Positions 46,773 through 57,577 of a DNA stretch of 64,000 nucleotides are shown here, piece by piece. The stretch's first letter is position 1, and every line of letters begins with the position of its first letter. Position numbers and translations under genes: made by a program. The notes under the pieces were generated by a model. That model had not been told where the DNA came from. It worked only from the letters and a program-made list of their open reading frames with translations, and made no database searches. This DNA is from Phycisphaerae bacterium (GTDB taxonomy: Bacteria; Planctomycetota; Phycisphaerae; UBA1845; Fen-1342), in assembly GCA_963675745.2 (NCBI GenBank), contig CAXXWX010000001.1, positions 250,797 to 314,796 of the forward strand. The letters run 5' to 3'.

Positions 46773-48200
46773 CTACGCGTGCTTGACGTGCGTGTGATCC
46801 GCGATTTCGGAGTTGGTGGTGCAGAGATCGCCGACTCCGAGAGCGTGGACGTCGCTGTTGCCGGTGAGTCTTGCGAAACTCGCCAGTTCGTCGTTGCAGA
46901 CTTTCAGGTAGTTGGCAAGTCGCCGGGCGGATTCGTCTATGTTCAGCCGGGCGCGCAGCGCGGGGTCTTGAGTGGCCACACCAACCGGGCACTTGCCCGT
47001 GTGACACACGCGATACTGCTGGCAGCCGCACGCTATCATCGCCGCCGTCCCGATGGCAACGGCATCCGCGCCAAGTGCCAGAGCCTTGGCGAAGTCGGAT
47101 GACACGCGCAGCCCGCCGGTGATGACCAGTGTCACGTCGCCGGCGCCGCGCGCATCGAGATGCGCCCGGGCGCGATGCAGCGCGAAGATGGTGGGCACGG
47201 ATGTCGCGGCCTTGATGAACTTCGGCGCGGCTCCCGTCGCGCCCGGACGACCATCAATCGTGATGAAGTCCGGCTGGGCGTGTAGAGCCACGTCAAGATC
47301 GGCCTCGATGTCGCCGGCGGCCAGTTTCACGCCGATGGGCTTTCCGCCGGATTTGTCACGGAGCCAATCGACCTTTCGCTTCAGATCATCCTTGCCGCGA
47401 ATGTCGTCGAAGCGCGCCGGGCTCGTAATGCTCTGACCGGCGGGGAAGCCGCGAACACGCGCTATCTCGTCGGTCACCTTCTCTGCGGGCAAGTGTCCTC
47501 CCATGCCCGGCTTGGCGGATTGGCCGATCTTGATCTCGATGGCGTCGACGGCCTTGAGGTTTTCGTCGGTGATGCTGTAGCGATTGGGGACGTATTCGAA
47601 AACGTACTTGTGTGCGCTGGCGAGCGATTCGGGCAGGATGCCGCCCTCGCCGGAGCACATGGCCGTGCCGCAGGCGGCGCTGCCCTTGGCCAACGCGAGC
47701 TTGGCTTCCTTCGACAACGCGCCAAACGACATGTGCGTGACGTAAAGCGGCATGTCGATGATCAGCGGGTGGTCGGCCCGTGGCCCGATGATCGTCTGCG
47801 TGCTGACCGGTTCATCCGCATTCAGGGGAAGGCGGGCGAGTTGCGCGCCTTTGATGAGAATGTCGTCCCAGGAAACCGACGCGAGCGGCGTCCGCATGGC
47901 GTCAGTGATGGACTCACCAGTGCTCGCCATCCGATGGATGTCGTGCATGTGGCTTTCGCGCTCATCCACAGGTCGCGCCCACGCGGCAAGATAGTCATCC
48001 ATGGTCGCCGCGCCGGCTTCCGGCTCGGCCCCATCGCCCGAAACCGCCTGCTCCACCGGGCTGAACTCGGACTTGGGCGCGTCACAGATCGGGCAAGCCC
48101 AATCGTCCGGCAAATCCTCCCAGGCTACACCGTCTTTGGTTTCGTCGTAGACATAGCCGCAAACGGCACATTCCCAGACTCGCGGTGGCTCATCAGCCAT
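46773..48200 (-). CDS. Rubredoxin fused to an FMN-binding glutamate synthase-like domain
   Basis: [77 protein letters not shown]. Confidence 0.92.
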   Translation of the reverse strand: MADEPPRVWECAVCGYVYDETKDGVAWEDLPDDWACPICDAPKSEFSPVEQAVSGDGAEPEAGAATMDDYLAAWARPVDERESHMHDIHRMASTGESITDAMRTPLASVSWDDILIKGAQLARLPLNADEPVSTQTIIGPRADHPLIIDMPLYVTHMSFGALSKEAKLALAKGSAACGTAMCSGEGGILPESLASAHKYVFEYVPNRYSITDENLKAVDAIEIKIGQSAKPGMGGHLPAEKVTDEIARVRGFPAGQSITSPARFDDIRGKDDLKRKVDWLRDKSGGKPIGVKLAAGDIEADLDVALHAQPDFITIDGRPGATGAAPKFIKAATSVPTIFALHRARAHLDARGAGDVTLVITGGLRVSSDFAKALALGADAVAIGTAAMIACGCQQYRVCHTGKCPVGVATQDPALRARLNIDESARRLANYLKVCNDELASFARLTGNSDVHALGVGDLCTTNSEIADHTHVKHA

Positions 48201-48277
48201 CGATACACCTCCCTGCCGGCTGTCGGGCAGCGGGTCGGTTGTCGGCCGACCCGCAACCCCCGCGTGGATAAACCGAT

Positions 48278-48775
<498 letters not shown>

Positions 48776-48839
48776 GAGGCACTTCTCCATGTCGTCAGTT
48801 TGTGATCATTCCGGTAACGCGCGCCATGCGCGGCGTCGG

Positions 48840-49148
48840 TCACGCCCCCTTGAGCTTCTCAGCCTCTTCGTCAACCTCTTCCGCCCCTTCCGCATAAAAC
48901 TTCTCCTCGTCGGGGGCCAGCGTGTGCAACAGGCGCAGAAACTCACCGGCGTGTACGCGCTCCTCGTCGGCAATGTCCCGCAGAACTTCAATCGCCAGCG
49001 GGTGGTCCGTGGACTCGGCGAGCTGCATGTAGAGCTGTATCGCCTCGTATTCCGCGGCAATCATGAAACGGATCGCCCGAATCAACTCTGTCTTGCTGAG
49101 CTTCCGGTCCTGCGCGAGTCCTGAGAAGGGTGAGCAAAACTCCGGCAT
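48840..49148 (-). CDS. Short ferritin-like protein
   Basis: IAAEYEAIQLY and DIADEERVHAGEF; AGGAG RBS. Confidence 0.88.
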   Translation of the reverse strand: MPEFCSPFSGLAQDRKLSKTELIRAIRFMIAAEYEAIQLYMQLAESTDHPLAIEVLRDIADEERVHAGEFLRLLHTLAPDEEKFYAEGAEEVDEEAEKLKGA

Positions 49149-49317
49149 ATCAACTTCTCCTTGTGAAACCAGGGTGCCGGCGGCCGGGATCACCAACTGG
49201 CGATCCGGGCCCGCGCGGCCCCGCAGCGCGGCGGTCGGAGCCGGCGTGGGCGGACTCCGACCGTCGCGCCGTAACGTGTTGACACCGCGCTCACATCGGC
49301 GCGGGGCTGCACAGCAG

Positions 49318-50727
49318 CTACAGGCAGCGCAAGAACGCTACCAGGTCCGCCTTCTCGTCCGCGCTCAGTTTGGTCTGGAGTATCAGGTCATGATATTCGA
49401 CCGTGTCTTCCAGAGTGAGCAGACGGCGGTCATGCAGATACGGCGGTGAATCCTTGATTCCGCGCAGCGGGAAGGTCTTGATCGGGCCGTCCGACGCCGC
49501 CATTCGCCCATTGACCATCTGCGGTTTGTAGAAGCGTTCAGCGCGCAGATTGTGCATCAGGTTGTCGGTGTAGTACGGAGCCGGATGACACTCGGCGCAA
49601 CGTCCTTTGTCGAAGAAGACGACCTGGCCGCGCAACTCGGCCTCGGTGGCCTTGGCGGGGTCGAGCTTGCCGAACACATCCAGCTTCGGCGCGGGCGGGA
49701 AGTCGAGCAATGCCTGAAACTCCGCCATGAAGTGGACCTGGCTGCCGCGTTCCAGGACGTTCAGGCCCTTCTTGGTGCCAATGACCGGGTCGCCATCGAA
49801 ATAGGCGGCGCGCTGCTCGAACTCGGTGAAATCTTCAATGGACTTCAACGCGCGCTGAGAACCGAACAGCCGCTGAATGTTCACACCGCGCAGCGACGGC
49901 GTGTCCAGGCCGTGGCGGAATTCCTGCGGCCGAATGTCACCCACCAGGTGGGTCGCGGAGTTCGTGTGGCCGTTCACATGGCAATCGAAGCAGGTCACGC
50001 CGCGATGTGGGCGCGCCGCGCGCCTGTCTTCGGTCGCGTTGAATTGCTGTTGCGGGAACGGCGTTACCAGCAGACGCAAGCCCTCAATCTGCTTGGGGTT
50101 GAGCACGCCGTTGAACAGCCTGTAGAAGTTGTCGATGGTGACGACATTGCCCTGCGACACGTCGCCGAGATCGGGCCGCGTGGTCAGGTAGATTGGCGGC
50201 GGATACTCGGGCAGGAAGTGCTGCGGCAGGTCATAATCAAGATCGAAACGCGTCAGGTCAATGTCGGTCTGTCGTTTGATCTCATCGATATGGTGCTGCG
50301 GAAAAACCATGCCACCTTCCGCGTGGTTCGGGTGCGGCAGTGGCAGGAATCCCTTGGGCCACAACCCCTGTTCCTTGATCTGTTCCGGCGTCATTTCGCC
50401 GAGCTTCTGCCAGGTCATACCGGCAGGCAGCTTGACCCTTATGCCTTCCTGAATCGCCTTGCCACCCGACATGGTGACACCCTTGGCCGGGCGATCGCTC
50501 ATGTCGTAACGCTCTTCCAGAAGAGCCATCTGCCGTTTCATGATGGCCGGTTTGGCCGCTGACATACGCGCCTTCACGTCGTCAAAACTCTCGGTCAGCG
50601 CTACCGGCGCGTAGCTTGTCGGTTGCTTATCCTGAGCGAAAACCAGTCCCGCCAGGATGGTCCCAAAGACGACGGCGGCGATCACGGGCCGGCGTCGTCG
50701 CGTGGTGAACTGCTGGATGAGGTGCAT
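49318..50727 (-). CDS. Exported di-heme cytochrome c (peroxidase/MauG-like fold)
   Basis: Two heme motifs CFDCH and CAECH; DTPSLRG; FPLRGI..PPYLHD..TLED; signal peptide; GGAGG RBS. Confidence 0.85.
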   Translation of the reverse strand: MHLIQQFTTRRRRPVIAAVVFGTILAGLVFAQDKQPTSYAPVALTESFDDVKARMSAAKPAIMKRQMALLEERYDMSDRPAKGVTMSGGKAIQEGIRVKLPAGMTWQKLGEMTPEQIKEQGLWPKGFLPLPHPNHAEGGMVFPQHHIDEIKRQTDIDLTRFDLDYDLPQHFLPEYPPPIYLTTRPDLGDVSQGNVVTIDNFYRLFNGVLNPKQIEGLRLLVTPFPQQQFNATEDRRAARPHRGVTCFDCHVNGHTNSATHLVGDIRPQEFRHGLDTPSLRGVNIQRLFGSQRALKSIEDFTEFEQRAAYFDGDPVIGTKKGLNVLERGSQVHFMAEFQALLDFPPAPKLDVFGKLDPAKATEAELRGQVVFFDKGRCAECHPAPYYTDNLMHNLRAERFYKPQMVNGRMAASDGPIKTFPLRGIKDSPPYLHDRRLLTLEDTVEYHDLILQTKLSADEKADLVAFLRCL

Positions 50728-50804
50728 TATCGTTTCCTCCGTCCGGGTTTCACTGGTGACTCGTTGGTGGCGATGCGGGTTCTCGATTGGCTCGCCGTGG
50801 TGGC

Positions 50805-51269
50805 TCAGGTGCCGTCTGCGGATTCCTCCTTTCCGCGGCAGTCCGCGCATATCCCGTGGAAGTGAATCGAGAAGTCCCGTATCTGAAAGGAGTGCGCCTG
50901 AGCATCCGGAAGTTTGACGGTTGCTTCCAGGTGCTCGTCGGCGAGGTCAATGAGCTTCTCGCAACGCAGGCACACGAGGTGGTGATGGCGACTCGTCATG
51001 GGATCGAAGCGGGTTGCGGCGCCCGGCGAACACGCCTTGGATACCACACCGATTTCCACCAGCGTATCCAGCGTACGGTAGACGGTCGTCCGCGAAATCC
51101 CGGGGATGTTCCCTTTCACCACTTCATAGACCTCATCGGCCGTCGGATGATCCGCACGATCGACGATAGCCTCAAACACAAAGCGCCGTTGCACCGTCAC
51201 GGCCAGGCCGCGATCGCGGCACAGCTGCTCGAACTGCCTTATTCGCTCGCTCTTATCGGCGGTAGCCAC
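50805..51269 (-). CDS. perR: Fur-family regulator, PerR-like
   Basis: TVQRR, HPTADEVY, ISRTTVYRTL, RFD..HHHLVCLRC, GICADC; AGGAG before GTG; heads an oxidative-stress cluster. Confidence 0.88.
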   Translation of the reverse strand: MATADKSERIRQFEQLCRDRGLAVTVQRRFVFEAIVDRADHPTADEVYEVVKGNIPGISRTTVYRTLDTLVEIGVVSKACSPGAATRFDPMTSRHHHLVCLRCEKLIDLADEHLEATVKLPDAQAHSFQIRDFSIHFHGICADCRGKEESADGT

Positions 51270-51284
51270 AGGGCACTCCTGGTT

Positions 51285-51316
51285 GGTAATATGTATCATT
51301 TCGCATGTGTTGTCAA
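51285..51316 (-). promoter_or_regulatory. Sigma70-type promoter overlapping an AT-rich Fur/Per-box-like site
   Basis: Minus strand TTGACA-N17-CATATT; cgaaatgatacatattacc matches the 19-bp Fur box GATAATGATAATCATTATC at 12 positions. Confidence 0.5.
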
Positions 51317-51596
51317 GTAGCTCCCGCGGCTGCTCGCGAATTTCCCGTAATTCAAACCCGGAAAACACGTATCGGCAACCGGAAAGTGCGTACTTCGATC
51401 CGTCGAATCGCCGTCGGCCAGCCTCCCGCGCGGACATCCACGGCGTTGGCGCACCAGGATCTCGAAAGTCGTTACGATTTCCAGTAGACAGTTCCGGCAA
51501 ATACGCGTCCAGGTAGGCAGCAGGACCGCATGACGGGAGGTTGCGATGCTGGACGCGCTTGTGTTGAGACATGTGACCACGCGGCGACGAGGATCG

Positions 51597-52160
51597 ATGA
51601 GCGGGCGTGAAGCCGACTGCCAGACGGATGATGATGCTCGCGCGGTGCGCGCGGTACTGGACGGCGATCTGCACACATTTCGCGCGTTGTACGATCGCTA
51701 CTTCCGCCTGATCCACGCCGTCTGCTGTGACTTCACTCATGACCGCGATCTGGCCCAGGACCTGGTTCACGATGTCTTCCTGAAGTCGTATCAGCGCCTG
51801 CGACAACTGCGCCAGCCGGAGCGTTTTGGCGCCTGGCTGCTGACAATCGCCCGGAGTGTGTGCCGCGATTGGCGGCGACAACGTGCCCGCAGCGTCGATG
51901 CCGAGGTCGGGCTCGATCCGCGCGTTAGTGTTGCGCGGGAGACGGCGCCGGACGAGCGACTGGGCGCGCTGCAACGCGCGTTGTCCGAGCTGCCGGAGCG
52001 GGAACGTCTGGCGATACACCTCGCGTATCTGGAGCAGCAGCCGGCCGAGCTTGCCCGGCGACTGCTGGGCCTGTCACGATCCGGTTACTACCGCGTGCTC
52101 GATCGGGCGCGCACCAGGCTGGAGCGGATGCTGTCTGATGAAGAGGAGGTGACCCGATGA
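51597..52160 (+). CDS. ECF RNA polymerase sigma factor
   Basis: FRALYDRY, AQDLVHDVFLK, FGAWLLTIAR, ALSELPERER. Confidence 0.92.
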   Translation: MSGREADCQTDDDARAVRAVLDGDLHTFRALYDRYFRLIHAVCCDFTHDRDLAQDLVHDVFLKSYQRLRQLRQPERFGAWLLTIARSVCRDWRRQRARSVDAEVGLDPRVSVARETAPDERLGALQRALSELPERERLAIHLAYLEQQPAELARRLLGLSRSGYYRVLDRARTRLERMLSDEEEVTR

Positions 52161-53416
52161 ATCCGAAGCTCCATGACGACCTCCAACGGCTGCATGCTGA
52201 AGACGAGACGCGGCAGCGCGAAGGCCGGCGGCGTTTGATGGCGGCGATCGCCGATCAGCCGCCCCACCCGGCGCATGTGGGATTCGCCACGCGTCACGCG
52301 ACCCGGCGTCTGGGCGGCCTCGCCGCCGCCGCCGCGATTCTCTTCATGATCTACGTCACGCTGTTTTCGAACGGCACGCAGCAAACCGCCTGGGCCGCGG
52401 TGCTTGATCAGCTCAACCGCATCGAATCACTGGCCTGGCGGCAGAAGTCGATCGTGTCGGCGGATGGTTACGCCGATGACGCCGGGGCGGACGGGTCGTG
52501 GGATCGCGGATACCTCAAGGCGCCCCACCTTCTCCGCCTCGAGCAAGGGATCGCTTCAACATCCCAACCCGCCGGCGACGCGCGCCTGCCGATCGATGTT
52601 CGGATCTGGCGCACCGAGCCGGGCCGGGAAGTTCACATTGACTTGTGTCCGCGCGAGAAACGCGCCGTCCGGCGGATCATCAGCACAAACCGTGAACCGA
52701 GCCGGCTGCGGAATGTGCCGGGCGAAGTCTGGGAGAAGCTCCAGAAACTGCGCGAGCAAGACGTACGCGCCCTGGAAAACCGGCTGATCGATGGCGTGCA
52801 AACGCTCGGCTTTGAAGCGCCGCTGGCCGACTTTGAGCCAAACGCTCCCGACCTGGGCGGCACGATTCGAGTCTGGGTCCATGAGCAAACTGCGGTTCCG
52901 GTGCGAATCGAACTGCGTTGTCCAATCGGGGATGACTACTCCACCACGTTCCTGACCGCCATTGAGTGGAATGTCGATTTGCCGGACAAGCTGTTCGAAG
53001 TCCCCGACGACAGCGACTGGACAGTGGAGGAGCACGATATCCACGACAAGGTCTTTGCGGCCCCGGGCGCACAATTAAGACCCGGCGTGACACTCGAAGT
53101 CACGACAGCCGGCGGAGATATCATCCTCTCGCGACAACACGTGGCGCGCGTCACCGCGAGCCGGACTGAACGAAGCGGCACAGAGCAGACTTCGCTCTTT
53201 GTCGACCTGACACCGGAAGGAAAGCGGCGCCTCGCCGAATATACGGCCGCCCACATCGGGGAAACCGTGACGATCACACTCAACGGACAAGTGATTGGCC
53301 GGCCACAAATCCGCGCACCGCTGAGCGGAGGTTTCCAGATCGATATCCCGAGCGACGGACCGGCGGTGGAAGAGCTGATCGAGCCCACGGTGGCCCCAGA
53401 CGCCGACGGGGATTAG
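52157..53416 (+). CDS. Putative anti-sigma factor (single TM, LolA-like region, SecDF P1-head-like C-domain)
   Basis: ATGA-coupled to the sigma gene; LAAAAAIL TM then AWAAV; WNVDLPDKLF; LTPEGKRRLAEYTAAHIG..LNGQVIGRPQI. Confidence 0.75.
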   Translation: MNPKLHDDLQRLHAEDETRQREGRRRLMAAIADQPPHPAHVGFATRHATRRLGGLAAAAAILFMIYVTLFSNGTQQTAWAAVLDQLNRIESLAWRQKSIVSADGYADDAGADGSWDRGYLKAPHLLRLEQGIASTSQPAGDARLPIDVRIWRTEPGREVHIDLCPREKRAVRRIISTNREPSRLRNVPGEVWEKLQKLREQDVRALENRLIDGVQTLGFEAPLADFEPNAPDLGGTIRVWVHEQTAVPVRIELRCPIGDDYSTTFLTAIEWNVDLPDKLFEVPDDSDWTVEEHDIHDKVFAAPGAQLRPGVTLEVTTAGGDIILSRQHVARVTASRTERSGTEQTSLFVDLTPEGKRRLAEYTAAHIGETVTITLNGQVIGRPQIRAPLSGGFQIDIPSDGPAVEELIEPTVAPDADGD

Positions 53417-53519
53417 TGGGTATACGCGTCGCCCAACGGCGTAAGCGGTGGCGTGCCGTAGCGGCTGGCTGCGCTTCGACGAGTGAGGCACGCGGGACGG
53501 TTGCGTCCCCATCACCCGA

Positions 53520-53978
53520 CTACTGCGCGGCCCGTATGTACTCCTCGTATTCGCGCTCAAATGTCGCTTTGTGCTCGGCCTCTTCACGCGCCAGCCCGCG
53601 CAACACCTCCTTGCAGGCGGCGTCGGCGGTGGTCTCGGCCAGGCTGCTGTACAAGTCGTAGGCCTCTTGCTCTGCCTTGATCGCAATCACCAGGGCTTCA
53701 GCGTGGTCAATTTCGCCCGCCGGATCAAGCGGCTTGTCGCGCAGGCGATCCACGAGTCCCTGGTTGACGATTTCCGTCTCTGACAACAGCCCGCGCTCAC
53801 CCGCCTTGATACTCAGGAGCCTGGCCTTGTGCTGATCCTCCTCCCGGGCGATGTCGAGGAATAGCTGCCGCGCGTCATCCCGGTGAGCGGCGCCGGCCAG
53901 TTTGCGGTAGAACGCGGCCGCGTGCTCCTCATTGATGACGGCAAAATCGAGGATCTTTTCCACCCAGTTAACTGGCAT
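53520..53978 (-). CDS. Ferritin-like di-iron protein (rubrerythrin family, no rubredoxin domain)
   Basis: AVINEEHAAAFY, EEDQH, AIKAEQEAYDLY, EEAEH; GGAGG RBS. Confidence 0.88.
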   Translation of the reverse strand: MPVNWVEKILDFAVINEEHAAAFYRKLAGAAHRDDARQLFLDIAREEDQHKARLLSIKAGERGLLSETEIVNQGLVDRLRDKPLDPAGEIDHAEALVIAIKAEQEAYDLYSSLAETTADAACKEVLRGLAREEAEHKATFEREYEEYIRAAQ

Positions 53979-54253
53979 AGTCGCCTCCCGGCACCCGCGG
54001 CATGTCGCCCGGCGACCTTTTCCGGCGACCTCAACGGGCTTCCAAACGCCGATCCTACGCCTCACCCACCACCATGTGCAAGCGGCGGTTGCCCGGCAAT
54101 GGCATATCGGCCCGGGGCGTGCCAGGCCATTACCGGGCGTTTTTCGTCACCAGTAATCCACGACACTGTTCAGACTGCCTTCAAACCCGGCGCGCAAATC
54201 TGGTACAGTGTGTGAAGCTGGCACAAACGGGACTCACTGTGAAGGAAGCAACA

Positions 54254-57200
54254 ATGCCCCATACAGCCTGTACGCGTTCGTTCGCTGTCGCGGTCTTCGC
54301 CCTGCTGTTGGCCGCCTCGCCGGCCCTGCACGGCAACACCGTCGACGTCAGCCCCTACCCGATCACCGGCGGCCAGCCCGTCACGATTCAATACGACCCG
54401 GCCGGACGCGTTTTGGAGAGCGCGGGCCAGGTCTACATGCACTACGGCTTCAACGAGTGGAGCCCGGTGATCAGCCCGGACCCGGCCATGAGTTGGAACG
54501 CCGCCGAAGGAGTCTGGCAGGCCACGGTCGATGTACCGTTGAGCGCATACCAGTTAGACGTCGTGTTCAATGATGGCGACAACTGGGACAACAACGATGG
54601 TGCCGACTGGCACCTGATTGTGATCGGCGGCCAGCAGTGGGTCGTTGACGGACAACTCGATGACGACGCCACCCTGATCGCCCAGAACAACGGGAATGAG
54701 CTCTACGCCGGCGTGCGCGGCACGGTGCTGTATGTCGCAGCGCCCGGCGCCAGCGGCGGCAACGACCACTTCATTTTCCTGGCGGGTTCGCCCGGCGGCA
54801 TGGTGTCGGCACCATGGGGAAAGGACGGCACCGTGGCCGGCTGGTCAGCGTACATCGGCAACGAGGTCGACAACGGCTGGGCCGGCTGGTTTGACGACAG
54901 CGGCGGCATGGAGGTCGCCACCGGGAGCTGGCTGGAAGCGACGATCGACCTGGACGCCGAGTTCGGCGCGGTGCCCGAGGAGATCTACCTCGCCTTCGCG
55001 CCTTACCCGACCAGCGAGGACACCTCGCTGCAATATCACTTGCAGGTGCCCGCCTCGGTCAACAATAACGGCAACGTCGATGCCGCCGAGTATGCGCTCG
55101 TTGATATCGGCGCGATTCTGGTCGGCTGCTCACCGGCGGATCTTGACGAAGATTGCGACGTCGATGCCGGCGATCTTCTCGCCTTCGCCGGCTGCATGCT
55201 CGGCCCGGACCTGCCGTCGTGCGACGACGCCGACTTTGAATCAGACAACGACGTCGACATGCCCGACTTCGCCATCTTCCAGATAGCCATGGGAGGTGGC
55301 AGCCTTCCGGGCGCCGTTATCGCCGAGGATCTCGGTGTTGATGTCACGCGATATTACCCCGATGGTGTCGTCCTGGCCGAGCTGCCGCCGTCCATGTCCA
55401 TGGACATCGAACCCGTCGTGCTCGGCCCGGCACCCGAGCCATGGACGGTCCAACCCTACTTCTTCGAATCCGGCAGTCGTCACGGCGTCCTTATTCCAGT
55501 TGACGACGGAACCGATCTCTACGGCACCGGCGAAGTCTGCGGCTCGCTGCTGCGTAACGGCCACACGACCGAAGCGTGGAATACGGATGCATATGGCTAC
55601 GGCCCGGGAAACCCCAGCCTGTATCAATCGCACCCCTGGGTGCTGGCGGTTCGACCTGACGGTACGGCCTTCGGCGTTCTGGCCGACACGACCTATCGCT
55701 GCCGCATGGACCTGACGCTGGACATCATCTTCGCCGCCGAGGGCCCGGAGTATCCGATATACGTATTCGACGGCGATACGCCGCAAGAAGTCCTCATCCG
55801 CCTGGCGGACTTCATCGGCAGAATGGAATTGCCGCCGCGCTGGGCCCTGGGTTACCAGCAAAGCCGCCACTCATACGCCCCCGAGAGCACGGCCCGCTAT
55901 ATTGCCAACCAGTTTCGCACGCGCGACATTCCCTGCGACGTGATCTGGCTCGACATTAACTACATGGACGGTTATCGCATCTTCACGTTTGATCCGTCCG
56001 GCTTTCCCAACCCGCTGTCGTTCAACGACGACCTGCACGCGCTGGGCTATCGCACCGTCTGGATGATCGACCCCGGTGTAAAGGTGGAATCGGGGTATTT
56101 CGTCGATGACCAGGGTTCGGCTGGCGATCACTGGATCTACGACGCCGGCGGGAGCTGGTACACCGGCGAGGTCTGGCCCGGCCAGTGTCACTTCCCCGAC
56201 TACACGCGCCCCGAAACGCGCGCCTGGTGGGCCGGTCTATACACCAACTACATGGCCCAGGGTGTCGACGGCGTGTGGAACGACATGAACGAGCCGGGCA
56301 TCTTTGACGGACCCGGCCACTCCATGCCCGTGGATTGCCAGCACCGCGGCGGCGGTGGGTTGCCCGCCGGGCCGCACGCGCAGTATCACAACGTTTACGG
56401 TCGGCTGATGGCCGAGGCATCGCGCGACGGCATCCTGACCGCCAACCCCGACAAGCGCCCGTTTGTCCTCTCCCGGGCCAATTTCATCGGCGGACATCGC
56501 TACGCGGCGATGTGGACCGGCGATAATGTCGCAAACTGGAGCCATCTCTACTATTCAACGCCAATGACGCTCAACATGGGCCTCTCCGGCCAGCCCTTCG
56601 CCGGCCCCGATCTGGGCGGCTACGCGGATGATGGCTCGTCGGACTTGTACGCGCGCTGGATGGGCGTCGGCGTGTTCATGCCGTTCTGCCGGGCCCACGC
56701 AGACGACCAAGGCATCGACAAGGAACCGTGGTCGTTCGGCTCCACAGTGGAAGACATTTGCAGGACCGCGATCGAACGCCGCTATCGGCTAATGCCGTAT
56801 CTGTACACGGTGTTCCAGGAATCGTCGGCGACCGGGCTGCCGGTCGTGCGGCCGGTGTTCTTCGCCGATCCGTCTGATGTCAGTCTGCGCGACGAAGACA
56901 TCGCGTTCATGCTCGGTGCTGACGTGCTGGTGGTGCCGAACGTCTCGGAGAATCCCGGTTCGGCGCCGACGCCGGCGCTGCCTGCGGGCACGTGGCGGAC
57001 AATCTCGCTGGTTGGCGAAAACAGCGCGGCGGAAGTGAACCAGCCGGACGTGCGCGTCCGCGACGGCGCGATCGTGCCGCTCGGCCCGGTGATGGAATAC
57101 ACCGACGAAGCCCCGCTTGACCCGCTGACGCTCGTCGTCTCGCTCGATCAAACCGGCCTGGCCGCAGGCTGGCTCTACGAAGACGACGGCGACGGCTTCG

Positions 57201-57406
57201 ACTACCTCTACGGCGACTACCGCCTGGCCCGCTACACCGCCACGCAGGTCAGCAACACCGTCATCATCGAAGTCGCCGAAATAGAAGGCCAAATGCCGAC
57301 GCCAACCCGTACGGTAAACATAGAAGTAATCACCGACACCGGCACATTCACCGCCAGCGGCCCCGACGCCGACACCGGCGTGATTGCGGTAGTTACGCTG
57401 CCGTAG
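54254..57406 (+). CDS. Secreted GH31 alpha-glucosidase with an N-terminal starch-binding module and internal dockerin-like repeat
   Basis: HYGFNEW..VFNDG.NWDNNDG (CBM25/53-like); ADLDEDCDVD..D / ADFESDNDVD..D; WALGYQQS, WLDINYM, VWPG, WNDMNE, WTGDN. Confidence 0.92.
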   Translation: MPHTACTRSFAVAVFALLLAASPALHGNTVDVSPYPITGGQPVTIQYDPAGRVLESAGQVYMHYGFNEWSPVISPDPAMSWNAAEGVWQATVDVPLSAYQLDVVFNDGDNWDNNDGADWHLIVIGGQQWVVDGQLDDDATLIAQNNGNELYAGVRGTVLYVAAPGASGGNDHFIFLAGSPGGMVSAPWGKDGTVAGWSAYIGNEVDNGWAGWFDDSGGMEVATGSWLEATIDLDAEFGAVPEEIYLAFAPYPTSEDTSLQYHLQVPASVNNNGNVDAAEYALVDIGAILVGCSPADLDEDCDVDAGDLLAFAGCMLGPDLPSCDDADFESDNDVDMPDFAIFQIAMGGGSLPGAVIAEDLGVDVTRYYPDGVVLAELPPSMSMDIEPVVLGPAPEPWTVQPYFFESGSRHGVLIPVDDGTDLYGTGEVCGSLLRNGHTTEAWNTDAYGYGPGNPSLYQSHPWVLAVRPDGTAFGVLADTTYRCRMDLTLDIIFAAEGPEYPIYVFDGDTPQEVLIRLADFIGRMELPPRWALGYQQSRHSYAPESTARYIANQFRTRDIPCDVIWLDINYMDGYRIFTFDPSGFPNPLSFNDDLHALGYRTVWMIDPGVKVESGYFVDDQGSAGDHWIYDAGGSWYTGEVWPGQCHFPDYTRPETRAWWAGLYTNYMAQGVDGVWNDMNEPGIFDGPGHSMPVDCQHRGGGGLPAGPHAQYHNVYGRLMAEASRDGILTANPDKRPFVLSRANFIGGHRYAAMWTGDNVANWSHLYYSTPMTLNMGLSGQPFAGPDLGGYADDGSSDLYARWMGVGVFMPFCRAHADDQGIDKEPWSFGSTVEDICRTAIERRYRLMPYLYTVFQESSATGLPVVRPVFFADPSDVSLRDEDIAFMLGADVLVVPNVSENPGSAPTPALPAGTWRTISLVGENSAAEVNQPDVRVRDGAIVPLGPVMEYTDEAPLDPLTLVVSLDQTGLAAGWLYEDDGDGFDYLYGDYRLARYTATQVSNTVIIEVAEIEGQMPTPTRTVNIEVITDTGTFTASGPDADTGVIAVVTLP

Positions 57407-57577
57407 TGCACCGCGCAGGAAAGTAACGTCCGATGCCCCAATCGGACTCGCCCGGCGGTAGAGTATCCGCTTTGACCGCAACCGCGGCGCTGGTAAGGTA
57501 GCGGCCGCCGTTAGAGGGCGATTCACCCAGCCAATGCACCGTGTGAGACTTCGTGGACCCGATCGGGGAGGTTGTCA

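Noticed and set aside
48840..49148. Encapsulin cargo system
   Set aside because: The ferritin-like protein has no C-terminal targeting peptide (such as LxIGSL) and no encapsulin shell gene is adjacent.
51270..52019. 404-aa Fur fusion protein
   Set aside because: The extension overlaps the ECF sigma gene antisense; RBS and promoter place the start at 51269.
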